Shown here: positions 41,139 through 49,743 of the stretch, piece by piece | Position numbering within the stretch: the stretch's first letter is position 1 | Layout of the letters: every line of letters starts with the position of its first letter | DNA from: an uncultured delta proteobacterium | Lineage (GTDB): Bacteria; Desulfobacterota; BSN033; UBA1163 | Direction of reading: 5' to 3' | Assembly: GCA_963827685.1 (NCBI GenBank) | Contig: CAWHBU010000004.1 | Location: forward strand, 736,001 to 800,000 | DNA: 64,000 nt | Made by a program: the position numbers and the translations under genes | The notes under the pieces: model-generated | Databases searched by the model: none | Told to the model about the DNA's origin: nothing | What the model saw: the letters and a program-made list of their open reading frames with translations, nothing else

Positions 41139-41335
41139 TGGATAACCGTGACCTGGTGACGCGGATCGCTGATCAGATGGGGAATCGCCTGAGCCAAAAG
41201 CTCCTTGGAATTACCCGAGGCGTCAAACCAACCGGACCCTGGAGACGCCGGATGCCGAAAGTGGGGCGAAATGAACCTTGCCCATGCGGAAGCGGAAAGA
41301 AATATAAGAAATGTCATTTGGAGGGAACCCGATGA
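41135..41335 (+). CDS. SEC-C motif protein
   Basis: [20 protein letters not shown]. Confidence 0.85.
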   Translation: MMDNRDLVTRIADQMGNRLSQKLLGITRGVKPTGPWRRRMPKVGRNEPCPCGSGKKYKKCHLEGTR

Positions 41336-41631
41336 AAGACCTTGAACTTAGGAATCCAGAGCTTTTTGAAATGATCAAAGAAGAAAGTCTGCGCCAAATT
41401 CGGAAATGGGGAATCCAGGATAGGGATCCCTTTGAATGGCTGGCATACATCACTGAAGAACTTGGTGAACTCTCATGTGCAATCTCGGAGTATGAATATA
41501 GAGGTGGTCTTCAATCGGAAGTCGTGAACGAGGCCGTTCAGGTCGCGACACTGGCCTTGAAAATCGCCGAAATGTTTATAGAGACCCCAATGGCACAGTG
41601 GAGAATAGAGGATCAGCGAGGCCAGAGATGA
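41332..41631 (+). CDS. MazG-like nucleotide pyrophosphatase domain protein
   Basis: KWG.Q...W...ITEELGEL...E..QVA. Confidence 0.7.
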   Translation: MKDLELRNPELFEMIKEESLRQIRKWGIQDRDPFEWLAYITEELGELSCAISEYEYRGGLQSEVVNEAVQVATLALKIAEMFIETPMAQWRIEDQRGQR

Positions 41632-41783
41632 ACGATATATTTTGGATCCTACTATTGAGCATCTTAGCTGGCGGGATCCTGATCTTTTCATTTGGATTCA
41701 CGAAGAAATTTCTGAGGATAAAGGATGTGCATGGTTGGCACCGGGTCAAACGCGCAGCCGCTGACGAACTATGGGGAGATTAA
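41628..41783 (+). CDS. Small membrane protein
   Basis: ATGA coupling; TM helix. Confidence 0.5.
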   Translation: MNDIFWILLLSILAGGILIFSFGFTKKFLRIKDVHGWHRVKRAAADELWGD

Positions 41784-41996
41784 ACCATCACCATGATCCC
41801 AACCCACGGAGACAAGGGCCTGGAGGATCGGGATCCAGCCTGTCTAACTCCATTGCGATGGGCGTTCAGGAGCCGGCCGAAGACGGACAAGATGGAGATC
41901 GCAAAAGGCCCCAGGGCCGTATAGACCCTGAAAAAAGAGAACGCCCCCCGGTGATCCGGCAGCCGGGGGAATTTAAAAGAGGAGAAAACAATAACG

Positions 41997-42221
41997 ATGG
42001 GAAACGTCGAGATCAAACTTTCTTTGAAATTATCCCCGGAAGTCGAGGAGCAAAAGTTCAAGGACGCTTTTTACCCTAAACCCAAATGCCCTGACTGTGG
42101 AGGAGAGAAATTTTTGAAGGGGCCAGGGGCCGGATTGTCAATGAACATCAAATGCGCGAATCCGGCCTGCGGGTCAAAATTCAACGTCTGCCCGGTGATG
42201 AGATCCATCGAGCGAATCTAA
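41997..42221 (+). CDS. Zinc-ribbon phage protein
   Basis: CPDC...GP.AG.S.NIKC...C. Confidence 0.7.
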   Translation: MGNVEIKLSLKLSPEVEEQKFKDAFYPKPKCPDCGGEKFLKGPGAGLSMNIKCANPACGSKFNVCPVMRSIERI

Positions 42222-42234
42222 AAAAAGGAGGTAC

Positions 42235-42480
42235 ATGAAAATGGCAGTATTACGATGCAAGATGAGAGTTTTTCAGGTTTTACATCACCTTGATAATGAC
42301 GGGAAGGTGGAGCAGGAAACGGTCAAGTTTATTGCGGTTTATGCGAAGGAGGGGCCCAACGCTGAGTGGTCCAAGTGGACCCCTTCAGCCCACTTTGAGA
42401 TCTGCATCAGTAATCCTGATGCCTTCAATGAATTTTCAAAGGGCCATGAGTTCTATGTCGATTTTATTCCGGCGGAGTAA
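42235..42480 (+). CDS. Conserved hypothetical phage protein
   Basis: RCK..V...N..W.KWTPS....I.NP.A...F..G.E.YVDF; RBS AAGGAGG. Confidence 0.75.
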   Translation: MKMAVLRCKMRVFQVLHHLDNDGKVEQETVKFIAVYAKEGPNAEWSKWTPSAHFEICISNPDAFNEFSKGHEFYVDFIPAE

Positions 42481-42537
42481 CCATGCCAAACCGTAAGCTC
42501 CAGGCTGCGCCAGTTTAGAGTTCGGAGTTCGGAGACA

Positions 42538-42990
42538 ATGCCAGTAAGAAAACTTCAAATTAAAATCAAGATCGCTCAGAAGCAGCTCGGGATCGAGGAC
42601 GCGGTCTACCGCGATATCCTCTACCGGAAATTTCGGGTATCGTCTTCGAACTCCCTCTCGGATTCGCAGGCGTTGGTTCTGATCCGCCATTTTAAGGATC
42701 TCGGGTGGGTCCCGAAAAGCAAACCAAAAAAATATGACGATCAAAAGGGCGATGTCTATTCGGCCAGTCCCGGGCAGAAAAGGTTGATCGAGGTCCTCTG
42801 GCATGAGGTCTATCGGGGCAACGACGAAACGAAACATCTTAGGCAGTTTCTGTTTAATCACTTCAAGGTGAGCGATGTGAATTTTTTAGATCGACGGACG
42901 GCCTATGAGGCGGTGGAGGCATTGAAGGCGATGCAGAGGAGAAGACCCTCTGCCCAATGCGGAATGCGGAACGCGGATTGCGGAGTTTAA
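42538..42990 (+). CDS. Mu gp16/GemA (DUF1018) family protein
   Basis: KIKIAQKQLGI.D..YR..L.....VSSS..L, Q...I..LW, A...VEALKAM. Confidence 0.88.
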   Translation: MPVRKLQIKIKIAQKQLGIEDAVYRDILYRKFRVSSSNSLSDSQALVLIRHFKDLGWVPKSKPKKYDDQKGDVYSASPGQKRLIEVLWHEVYRGNDETKHLRQFLFNHFKVSDVNFLDRRTAYEAVEALKAMQRRRPSAQCGMRNADCGV

Positions 42991-43009
42991 CCAAGAACTG
43001 GGGGGAATC

Positions 43010-43264
43010 ATGGGATTTATAAGATTCGGAATCTGCAAAAACATGGAATGTCGGCAGGTTTTTGAGAAGAAGGCCGCCAACCAACGGTTTTGCCCGAATT
43101 GCAGTTATTGGAAAAAATATGAAGGCGGGTCAGTGATGAAACGCCTGTATGAGGTGGAGGGCCAACTCAAGAAAGGGGCCGATCAATCCGGCAATCCGAA
43201 GGTCTGGACGGCGGAGGAATATTCTCAGGAATTTTTGAGAAGTCTGATACCGAGTCACCAGTAG
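43010..43264 (+). CDS. Zinc-binding phage protein
   Basis: C....C...F......QRFC..C. Confidence 0.65.
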   Translation: MGFIRFGICKNMECRQVFEKKAANQRFCPNCSYWKKYEGGSVMKRLYEVEGQLKKGADQSGNPKVWTAEEYSQEFLRSLIPSHQ

Positions 43265-43322
43265 GCAGAAAGCAGAATGCAGAAGGCAGCAATCATGGTG
43301 CGGAGACACGGTGAAAGATTTG

Positions 43323-43331
43323 TGATATAAT
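43323..43331 (+). promoter_or_regulatory. Extended -10 promoter for the lipoprotein gene
   Basis: TGATATAAT, a perfect TGn-TATAAT. Confidence 0.55.
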
Positions 43332-43414
43332 CGAACTGGAAGGCTTGCCCGGTTCGCCCATGTCTCATCGAGGCGAGCCCGCCGGACCTTTAGGGCAGGA
43401 GGGAGGCAACGAAG

Positions 43415-43687
43415 ATGAGAAATTTAATCGTTATTTTATTTTTTATTTTCTTGGCGGGATGTGCCTACACGGGCGGGTATTGGACCAAACCGGATTATTC
43501 CTGGGAGCAGTATAAGTCGGATCGCGATGACTGTACGGCAATCGCGTCTTATTGGAACCCAACGGCAGGCTTTTTTACTCCCACGATGGTGAGGCAAAAT
43601 ATACCTCCTCAACATACGAGACGATTTGGATATTGCATGGAAATGAGAGGATATGAGTGGGTTCAGACCCAGAGTGAAATGAGGTGA
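43415..43687 (+). CDS. Small lipoprotein (moron-like)
   Basis: Lipobox LAGC; W.KP......D..C and F..CM..RGY. Confidence 0.8.
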   Translation: MRNLIVILFFIFLAGCAYTGGYWTKPDYSWEQYKSDRDDCTAIASYWNPTAGFFTPTMVRQNIPPQHTRRFGYCMEMRGYEWVQTQSEMR

Positions 43688-44067
43688 TTTTTGACACTCG
43701 ACCAGGCCCGGAAAGAGAATATAAAGAAGGAAAACGAATTTTTCACAAAGCCTTATTGTTTTGCGGTCGGAGTGATCACGGGATTGATTGTAGCATTCCT
43801 TTTGATTTTAGCCCTAGTCGCCCTAAAGGGCGGTTTTTAATTAATATGAAACTCGAAGAGGCGCGGAAAATGAACTGGATAAAAGAGAAACCAACAAAGA
43901 TCGGGTACTATTGCTTGAGGCGACTCAAACTTAATGATACCGAGGTCAATATCGCTTTTGTGTATGAGGATATAGTTGAAATTTTAGGAATTCAAAAGGA
44001 ATTTCGCATAAATGCTGATGTTCTTGATGATGCTGAATGGTACGGCCCGCTGGAGCCGCCGAAATAA
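43684..44067 (+). CDS. Hypothetical phage protein (true start may be 43847 or 43870)
   Basis: W.KEKPT..GYY...EWYGPLEPP. Confidence 0.55.
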   Translation: MIFDTRPGPEREYKEGKRIFHKALLFCGRSDHGIDCSIPFDFSPSRPKGRFLINMKLEEARKMNWIKEKPTKIGYYCLRRLKLNDTEVNIAFVYEDIVEILGIQKEFRINADVLDDAEWYGPLEPPK

Positions 44068-44082
44068 TGTGCAGGAGGGATA

Positions 44083-44394
44083 ATGGAAATTAAAGAACTA
44101 ACCGGCCCCTGCTCACTTGTACAGTTTGATGATTATCTTGAAGAGGGGGACGAGATACAATGTCCCGATTGCGGGGAATTTTCATCCCATAGAGATTGGA
44201 AAGAATCGACGGTGCCCTGTGAGGATTGCGGAACGCACATCGCGATTCAATGCCCAAAATGCGACAAACGGTTCGATACGGTGTGGCCGCAGAAATTTCA
44301 CATTAGGGAGACCGAAGAAACCCGCCGTATTCTAATTGAAAAAATGAAGCAAGGTGGATTCGATGACGAAGAAATAAAAAAGATAATGGAATAA
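44083..44394 (+). CDS. Zinc-ribbon phage protein
   Basis: Three CxxC pairs; RBS GGAGG. Confidence 0.7.
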   Translation: MEIKELTGPCSLVQFDDYLEEGDEIQCPDCGEFSSHRDWKESTVPCEDCGTHIAIQCPKCDKRFDTVWPQKFHIRETEETRRILIEKMKQGGFDDEEIKKIME

Positions 44395-44411
44395 AACGGA
44401 GGGAGGAGTGA

Positions 44412-44594
44412 GTGACGCTCGACCAGGCCCGGAAACTTCATCAGGAGATCAAAGAGATCAAGAAACGCTACGGCATCTCTTATAGCGACTACCACGAGGA
44501 GGAGCGGGAGGGCGAGGTCCGGTTCGTCAACATCACTCTCAGGGCCAAAATCGATCCCAATAAAAAGGACTTGACAAGAGGTAAGAACATTTGA
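44412..44594 (+). CDS. Small hypothetical phage protein
   Basis: Strong RBS, GTG start. Confidence 0.55.
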   Translation: MTLDQARKLHQEIKEIKKRYGISYSDYHEEEREGEVRFVNITLRAKIDPNKKDLTRGKNI

Positions 44595-44635
44595 TATCAA
44601 TATGTCAAAGGCATTAACTGACATATTTGATATCC
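44571..44635 (+). promoter_or_regulatory. Promoter with overlapping palindromic operator
   Basis: TTGACA at 44571; inverted repeat GATATCAATATGTCA-N11-TGACATATTTGATATC. Confidence 0.6.
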
Positions 44636-44641
44636 GATGCG

Positions 44642-44794
44642 ATGGCTATTAAACAATATCCCATGCGAGTGGAAGAGGAGATTTGGAGGCGGGCAAAGGC
44701 AAAAGCGGCGCTCGAAGGGATCACGATGAGAGAGGCCGTCGAAAGACTCTTGAAGGGATGGATTGATGGGAAGTTAGAGATCGAAAAAAAATAG
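44642..44794 (+). CDS. Ribbon-helix-helix regulator, 50 aa (below the ORF-track cutoff)
   Basis: MAIKQYPMRVEEEIWRRAKAKAALEGITMREAVERLLKGWIDG; Arc/ParG-like pattern. Confidence 0.75.
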   Translation: MAIKQYPMRVEEEIWRRAKAKAALEGITMREAVERLLKGWIDGKLEIEKK

Positions 44795-44860
44795 ATTAAC
44801 TCCCCCTCGCCCCCTCTTAGATTAGGAGGGGGTTGGGGGCGTTACTAAACAAGGACGAGG

Positions 44861-44917
44861 AAAACCCGACTTGTGTTCGTCGGCAGTAAATGCCGACGCT
44901 ACAGGTCGGGTTTTTTT
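44861..44917 (+). terminator. Long intrinsic terminator upstream of the endolysin
   Basis: AAAACCCGACTTGT...ACAGGTCGGGTTTTTTT with inner CGTCGGCA/TGCCGACG hairpin. Confidence 0.7.
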
Positions 44918-44928
44918 ATGGGGTCGAA

Positions 44929-45438
44929 ATGATCATCACTCACTGGTCGCACATCATGATTCACCATTCGGCAAGTCCGGACAGTCGCACGTTCGGTTGG
45001 CAAGAGATTAGGCGATACCACATGTCGTGGCGCATTGATGGAACAAGCGTCAGCAAGGAAGAATACGATCGGAGACTCTTGGCGAAACAGGGAACGCATT
45101 TTGAGGCTCCGGACCGAGATATCGCCTATCACTTCGGGATTGAGTTGGTCAACGACCGTTATGAAATTTTCGTTGGCCGGGATCTGGACCAGGATGGGGC
45201 GCATTGTATCGGGATGAATCAGAAGGCCATCGGGATCTGTTTCATTGGAAATTTTGACGGGACCCGGGTCCCGGCAGATCAGTGGACAGTGGGCGTCTTT
45301 TTTGTGAGAAGCCTCTGCCGGATCCTATTGATTCCGATCACGTGCGTTATTCCGCATCGGGATTACGCCCAAAAGACCTGTCCGGGCAAATTATTCGATA
45401 TGGAACTTTTCAGAAGAGATCTTTTGAGGATCACATGA
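44929..45438 (+). CDS. Endolysin, N-acetylmuramoyl-L-alanine amidase (Amidase_2)
   Basis: IMIHHSA, DIAYHF, GAHC.GMN..AIGICFIGNFD, HRD...KTCPG. Confidence 0.92.
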   Translation: MIITHWSHIMIHHSASPDSRTFGWQEIRRYHMSWRIDGTSVSKEEYDRRLLAKQGTHFEAPDRDIAYHFGIELVNDRYEIFVGRDLDQDGAHCIGMNQKAIGICFIGNFDGTRVPADQWTVGVFFVRSLCRILLIPITCVIPHRDYAQKTCPGKLFDMELFRRDLLRIT

Positions 45439-45462
45439 CCGAACCGATTTTCAAGGAGTAAG

Positions 45463-45792
45463 ATGTACATGCTGAAACTTATCTCAGACAACATGGACCT
45501 CATCGCCCTCGGCGCTTTTATTTTGGCGCTTCTCTTTGTTTTTTTCGGATTTGTGATCTATCTGTCCTTATCTTCCAGACTAAAGGAATACTTCGTCGAT
45601 GATGGAGGAAAGCTTTCTATGGGCAGGCTGATTTGTTTTTTGAGTATCTTCTTCTATATCATCAGCGCCGCCTATGGTCTACTTTCAAAGGGAATATTTC
45701 CCGACATCCCAACGAATTTATCGGTACTCGTTGGTGGACTTTACGGATTGAATAAATTCAGCCCCACCGTTCCATTTCAGGGGCCAAAATAA
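45463..45792 (+). CDS. Holin-like membrane protein
   Basis: Three TM segments, GKLSMGR; directly after the endolysin. Confidence 0.65.
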   Translation: MYMLKLISDNMDLIALGAFILALLFVFFGFVIYLSLSSRLKEYFVDDGGKLSMGRLICFLSIFFYIISAAYGLLSKGIFPDIPTNLSVLVGGLYGLNKFSPTVPFQGPK

Positions 45793-45810
45793 AGAAGGAG
45801 GTCAAAGCAA

Positions 45811-45990
45811 ATGGAAACAGCTCTAATTCTTATCGGAACTCATCTGGCGTGCATTGGCGGCGGCGTATTTGCCGGCGCATTGATCTGGAGAAACAATGCA
45901 AAGAAATTCTCCAGATTGGAAGATGAGGCAAAGGCAAAAGGGAAAGAAGTGGTCAGTTGGATTAAGGAAAAGACCGGGATCGATCTATGA
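45811..45990 (+). CDS. Small membrane protein, 59 aa (not in the ORF track)
   Basis: AAGGAGG RBS; METALILIGTHLACIGGGVFAGALIWRNNAKK...; ATGA coupling to the next gene. Confidence 0.65.
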   Translation: METALILIGTHLACIGGGVFAGALIWRNNAKKFSRLEDEAKAKGKEVVSWIKEKTGIDL

Positions 45991-46376
45991 TCAATTTCCT
46001 CAGGTCTCATTGGAAGGTCATTCTTGTCGCCGTGGGCGTCTTGATTCTCATCGTCATGGTCGCCTATCCGAATCAGATCGCCAAAAAATATCTTGGCATG
46101 CTGATCGATCAGATCCGGGTCGATCAATCCAATATCGTCAAGACGTTGGAAGAGACCGTGACAAAGCGTGAGATGGAAATTGCCGACCTCGAAAAGCAGG
46201 TCGAGATAAACCGGGCTCAACAGGTCCAGGTCAGAGCCGAAAGCGAACGGCTCAAAGGGAGGGTCCTTGAACTTCAAGGTCAGCGCGAAACGATTGTTAT
46301 TTCTGGCGATCCTGATCGGATCGTTGATGAACTGCGCAGGCTTGGTTTCAGCACAGCCCACCGCGGTTGCAAATGA
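45987..46376 (+). CDS. Inner-membrane spanin-like protein
   Basis: N-terminal TM helix plus coiled coil in the lysis cassette. Confidence 0.6.
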   Translation: MINFLRSHWKVILVAVGVLILIVMVAYPNQIAKKYLGMLIDQIRVDQSNIVKTLEETVTKREMEIADLEKQVEINRAQQVQVRAESERLKGRVLELQGQRETIVISGDPDRIVDELRRLGFSTAHRGCK

Positions 46377-46713
46377 TCCTATATGTGAGGACGTATCCGA
46401 TGCCCAGGAGATGGTCCGTCGTCTTACGGATTATAACATTCTGCGAGAGATGGATCAGGTCAAGGACCAACGGATCGCCAACCTTGAGAAAGAGAACGAC
46501 CTTCTCAAGAGGGAAAACGAGCTAAAGGATCGGATCATCGCCCTTAAGGACATGATGATCGAGGCCAAGGACAAAGCCTTTGCGGACCTGAAAGACGTCG
46601 CCGATAGGGCGATTAAGCTTGCCGAGATCTCGAAAAAATCTACGTTGAGCGAGATCCTCGAATGGATCATCAGGATCGCCCTCTTTGCAGCCGGAGTCTT
46701 TGTGGGGAAATAA
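46267..46713 (+). CDS. Spanin-like protein overlapping the previous gene
   Basis: Hydrophobic leader ending LMNC, coiled coil, C-terminal TM helix; start uncertain. Confidence 0.5.
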   Translation: MNFKVSAKRLLFLAILIGSLMNCAGLVSAQPTAVANDPICEDVSDAQEMVRRLTDYNILREMDQVKDQRIANLEKENDLLKRENELKDRIIALKDMMIEAKDKAFADLKDVADRAIKLAEISKKSTLSEILEWIIRIALFAAGVFVGK

Positions 46714-47034
46714 ATGGTTGAAAATTTCTTTGGCTGTCTTGGGGGATGGATTTCGAATTGGGGGCCGGGGCTTTTGATCGCCCTGATCATGCTCTACGGC
46801 CTTTATAAAGGGTTGATCAGGCTCGGCGAAAAAGTGGGCCTCAAAATTCTCAGTGCATTGGAAAAACCCGCTGCGGCCCTCAATCAACAGGCCGAGTCGA
46901 TGGACCGACTTACCCATTCGATTCAGGAGTATGTCGGGCGCGATCAATCAGAACATAGAGAAATCATCATCCTTCAGAAAGTAATTCTCGAAGAGATCGA
47001 AAAAATGAGGCGAGACGCAGATGACAGAAATTAA
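46714..47034 (+). CDS. Phage membrane/coiled-coil protein (Mu gp25 position)
   Basis: TM helix plus coiled coil. Confidence 0.65.
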   Translation: MVENFFGCLGGWISNWGPGLLIALIMLYGLYKGLIRLGEKVGLKILSALEKPAAALNQQAESMDRLTHSIQEYVGRDQSEHREIIILQKVILEEIEKMRRDADDRN

Positions 47035-47323
47035 AATCGAACGATATCGTAGGATCAGGGGCAAAATTCTCAGGTTGTTAATCAAATGGCATCCTGCCCC
47101 GCTGAACCTGGAAGAGTTGCATGCCCTTCTGGACGATATGGGATACCCCATAACCAAGGAAGAGCTCGAGAGTCATCTCGTCTACCTGGAGGAACCTGGA
47201 TACATCAAGATCGAAAAAAGAATGACGGAGGGGATGGAGAGTAAAAAAATCCGGATATTGAAAAAGGGGATCGACGTCAACGACGGCCTCGGCTCCGGAG
47301 ATATCGGGATCACCAGGGGTTAA
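47021..47323 (+). CDS. Mu gp26-like winged-helix protein
   Basis: R..ILRLL...L.YLEE.GYI...KGIDV..G. Confidence 0.75.
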   Translation: MTEIKIERYRRIRGKILRLLIKWHPAPLNLEELHALLDDMGYPITKEELESHLVYLEEPGYIKIEKRMTEGMESKKIRILKKGIDVNDGLGSGDIGITRG

Positions 47324-47333
47324 GGATCTCATC

Positions 47334-47849
47334 ATGAGGCAGAGGCCAGAAAAAAAAGAATATTCCTTTGAAGTCGTCGAGACAGCCGAGAACCTCTACG
47401 TCTACAAAAATAAGACCTACGAGGAAATTTCGAAGATTCTCGATATTCCGGTAGTCACCCTCCAGCGATGGGGGGCCGACGAGAAGCCAGACAAGGGCGG
47501 AAAGGGCGGCTACGAGTGGCGTAAAAAGAAACTCGAATATATCAAGCAGCGTGTCGGAACAAGGAAAGAATTATACCTGATCAAGGATCACTTGATTAAG
47601 GAGGCTAAAGAGAACACCGACCCCCTGGCGGTATATAAATTGGCAACTCTTCAAAGAACGATCGATGCCGAGGAGAAGGGGGACATAGATGAAAGCATGC
47701 AAAAGATCGACCGGCCTCAAATATTTCTCGATTTTCTCAAGGATCTTGTCTCTTATCTTAAAGAACACGATGCGGAAGCACTGGTGGCATTGGAAAAGAA
47801 TTTTGATCCATTCATAGGGTTCGCAAAGAGCAAATACGCGAACCCTTGA
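47334..47849 (+). CDS. Terminase small subunit-like (Mu gp27 position)
   Basis: N-terminal HTH (AENLYV...EEIS...TLQRW); directly upstream of TerL. Confidence 0.75.
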   Translation: MRQRPEKKEYSFEVVETAENLYVYKNKTYEEISKILDIPVVTLQRWGADEKPDKGGKGGYEWRKKKLEYIKQRVGTRKELYLIKDHLIKEAKENTDPLAVYKLATLQRTIDAEEKGDIDESMQKIDRPQIFLDFLKDLVSYLKEHDAEALVALEKNFDPFIGFAKSKYANP

Positions 47850-47922
47850 TTACACAGATTCCAAGAGCGAGATTTCTCAGATTTAAAATCGGTGTAATCG
47901 GGGTTCTAAAATCCGTGTAATC
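47848..47922. repeat. Four-box GATTACACAGATT hairpin element, copy 1
   Basis: Two direct and two inverted 13-mers; upstream of TerL. Confidence 0.8.
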
Positions 47923-47935
47923 ACGCGAGGAACGA

Positions 47936-49615
47936 GTGAAACGAGTTTTGAGTGAAAAGAAGTTCGATCTTGAGATTGAGGCGATCCGGTCGCTGATCCA
48001 ATCGGTTGCCAAACCTTTCCCCGTTGACAAGAAACTCCAGGAGGAAAGGATCGAGCGCGGCTCGCACGATCTTGAATTTTTCGGCCGCACCTACTTCCCG
48101 CATTACATCGAGGCCCCCTGCTCGGCATTTCACCGTTACGTTTGCGAACGATATACGGCGATGGTCCTTCGGGCGGTCGAGACCGGAGAAGGAGACAAGG
48201 AGGCCGATGCGGCTCCTCGAGGAAACGCCAAATCGACCTGGGCCGATCTCGTCTTCGCCCTCTGGTGCGCCGCCTTCGGATATCGCCGTTTTATCGTCAT
48301 CGTCAGCGATACCGCTTCGCAGGCCGAGGATTTCATCCAATTCATCAAGGCGGAGCTCGAGGTGAACGAGCGGCTCGCCCAGGACTTTCCGAAACTCTGC
48401 GGCCAGGGGCCTATCTGGCGGGCCGATACGATCATCACCGCAAACCGGGTCAAAATCCGAGGCGTGGGCGCTGGGCAAAAACTAAGAGGCATGCGCCACG
48501 GATCCACACGGCCGGATCTCGTGATCGGGGATGATTTGGAGAATGACGAGGCCGTTGAATCTCCGGATCAGAGGAAGAAAATGGAGAGGTGGTTTTTCAA
48601 GGCACTGATGAAGATCGGCCAGAAGGATACGGTCTTCCTGATCCTCGGGACCATCCTTCATTACGACAGCCTTCTCAGTGATCTCCTGAGACGACCCGGA
48701 TGGAAAGGTCGCAAGTTCAAAGCCGTCATAAAATATTCCAGCTCAAAACTATGGGAAAAATGGGAAGAGATCTTCGTCGATATTTCCATCGGAAAAGAAC
48801 AAGCCGAAGAAGCGGCCGATGCCTTTTTCGAGGCCAACAAAGCGGAAATGCTTGCTGACACCGAGGTCCTCTGGCCCGAGGTCGAGGATTACTATTATCT
48901 GATGAAAATGCGGATCTCAGACGGGCCTGCCTACTTTGAATCGGAGAAACAAAACGAGCCGATCAATCCGGAAGATGCAATCTTCCTGGGAGAATGGTTT
49001 GTCGACTGGGAAGAAGGAGACGTGGATCTCACCGGCATCGCGCACGCGGGCGCATGCGATCCGTCTCTCGGAAAACGGAACAAACGTGGGGATTCATCAG
49101 CAATACTCGGCGGGCGGATGAAGGACAACGTTCTGTATCTCGACGTTGCGGATATCGAGCGCCGGCAGCCAGACAAAATTATGACCGATATTCTGGCGCA
49201 TCACACCCGTGATCCCTTCGATAAATTCAGGATCGAGATCGTGCAATTTCAGGAATTCTTTGCGCGGCAATTTGAAAAGGTCGCGCATGATACCGGCCGG
49301 ACGATGAACATCGACAACTACATTCCCAACGCCGACAAAGATTTGAGGATCATCCGGCTCCAGCCCTGGATCAAGAATGGCTGGATCCGCTTCAAGCCCA
49401 ACATGAGGGAGCTCAAACGGCACCTGATCTATTACCGGCCAAAAAATAGGGGCGGCCCAGATGATGGCCCCGATGCATTGGAGATGCTCCTCGGACTTTG
49501 TGAGGCGGGTTTGATGCCTGCCGCGTCTGTTTCGAGTGAGACGGGAAAGGGCGATTATCACGCGGAGCGGAGGCGGGGCATCATGGAGAGGTTTGGATTT
49601 AGAAGGGCAGCATGA
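47936..49615 (+). CDS. Terminase large subunit
   Basis: YFPHY, APRGNAKST, RPDLVIGDDLEND, GTILH, DPSLG, DDGPDALE. Confidence 0.95.
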   Translation: MKRVLSEKKFDLEIEAIRSLIQSVAKPFPVDKKLQEERIERGSHDLEFFGRTYFPHYIEAPCSAFHRYVCERYTAMVLRAVETGEGDKEADAAPRGNAKSTWADLVFALWCAAFGYRRFIVIVSDTASQAEDFIQFIKAELEVNERLAQDFPKLCGQGPIWRADTIITANRVKIRGVGAGQKLRGMRHGSTRPDLVIGDDLENDEAVESPDQRKKMERWFFKALMKIGQKDTVFLILGTILHYDSLLSDLLRRPGWKGRKFKAVIKYSSSKLWEKWEEIFVDISIGKEQAEEAADAFFEANKAEMLADTEVLWPEVEDYYYLMKMRISDGPAYFESEKQNEPINPEDAIFLGEWFVDWEEGDVDLTGIAHAGACDPSLGKRNKRGDSSAILGGRMKDNVLYLDVADIERRQPDKIMTDILAHHTRDPFDKFRIEIVQFQEFFARQFEKVAHDTGRTMNIDNYIPNADKDLRIIRLQPWIKNGWIRFKPNMRELKRHLIYYRPKNRGGPDDGPDALEMLLGLCEAGLMPAASVSSETGKGDYHAERRRGIMERFGFRRAA

Positions 49616-49743
49616 GTTCGTTGGGTTTATTGCCTGCCTGCGCGAAGCCGCTTCGGCATAGGCAGGGGTTCATTGAGTTTATTGAGTTAGCTCAAGGAAC
49701 TCAAGCAACCCAAGCAACTCGATGAACCGTGACCGGAGTAACC

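Noticed and set aside
41790-41975. Possible structured ncRNA in the phage early region
   Set aside because: Some hairpins are present, but no recognisable family and it overlaps a possible ORF; insufficient support
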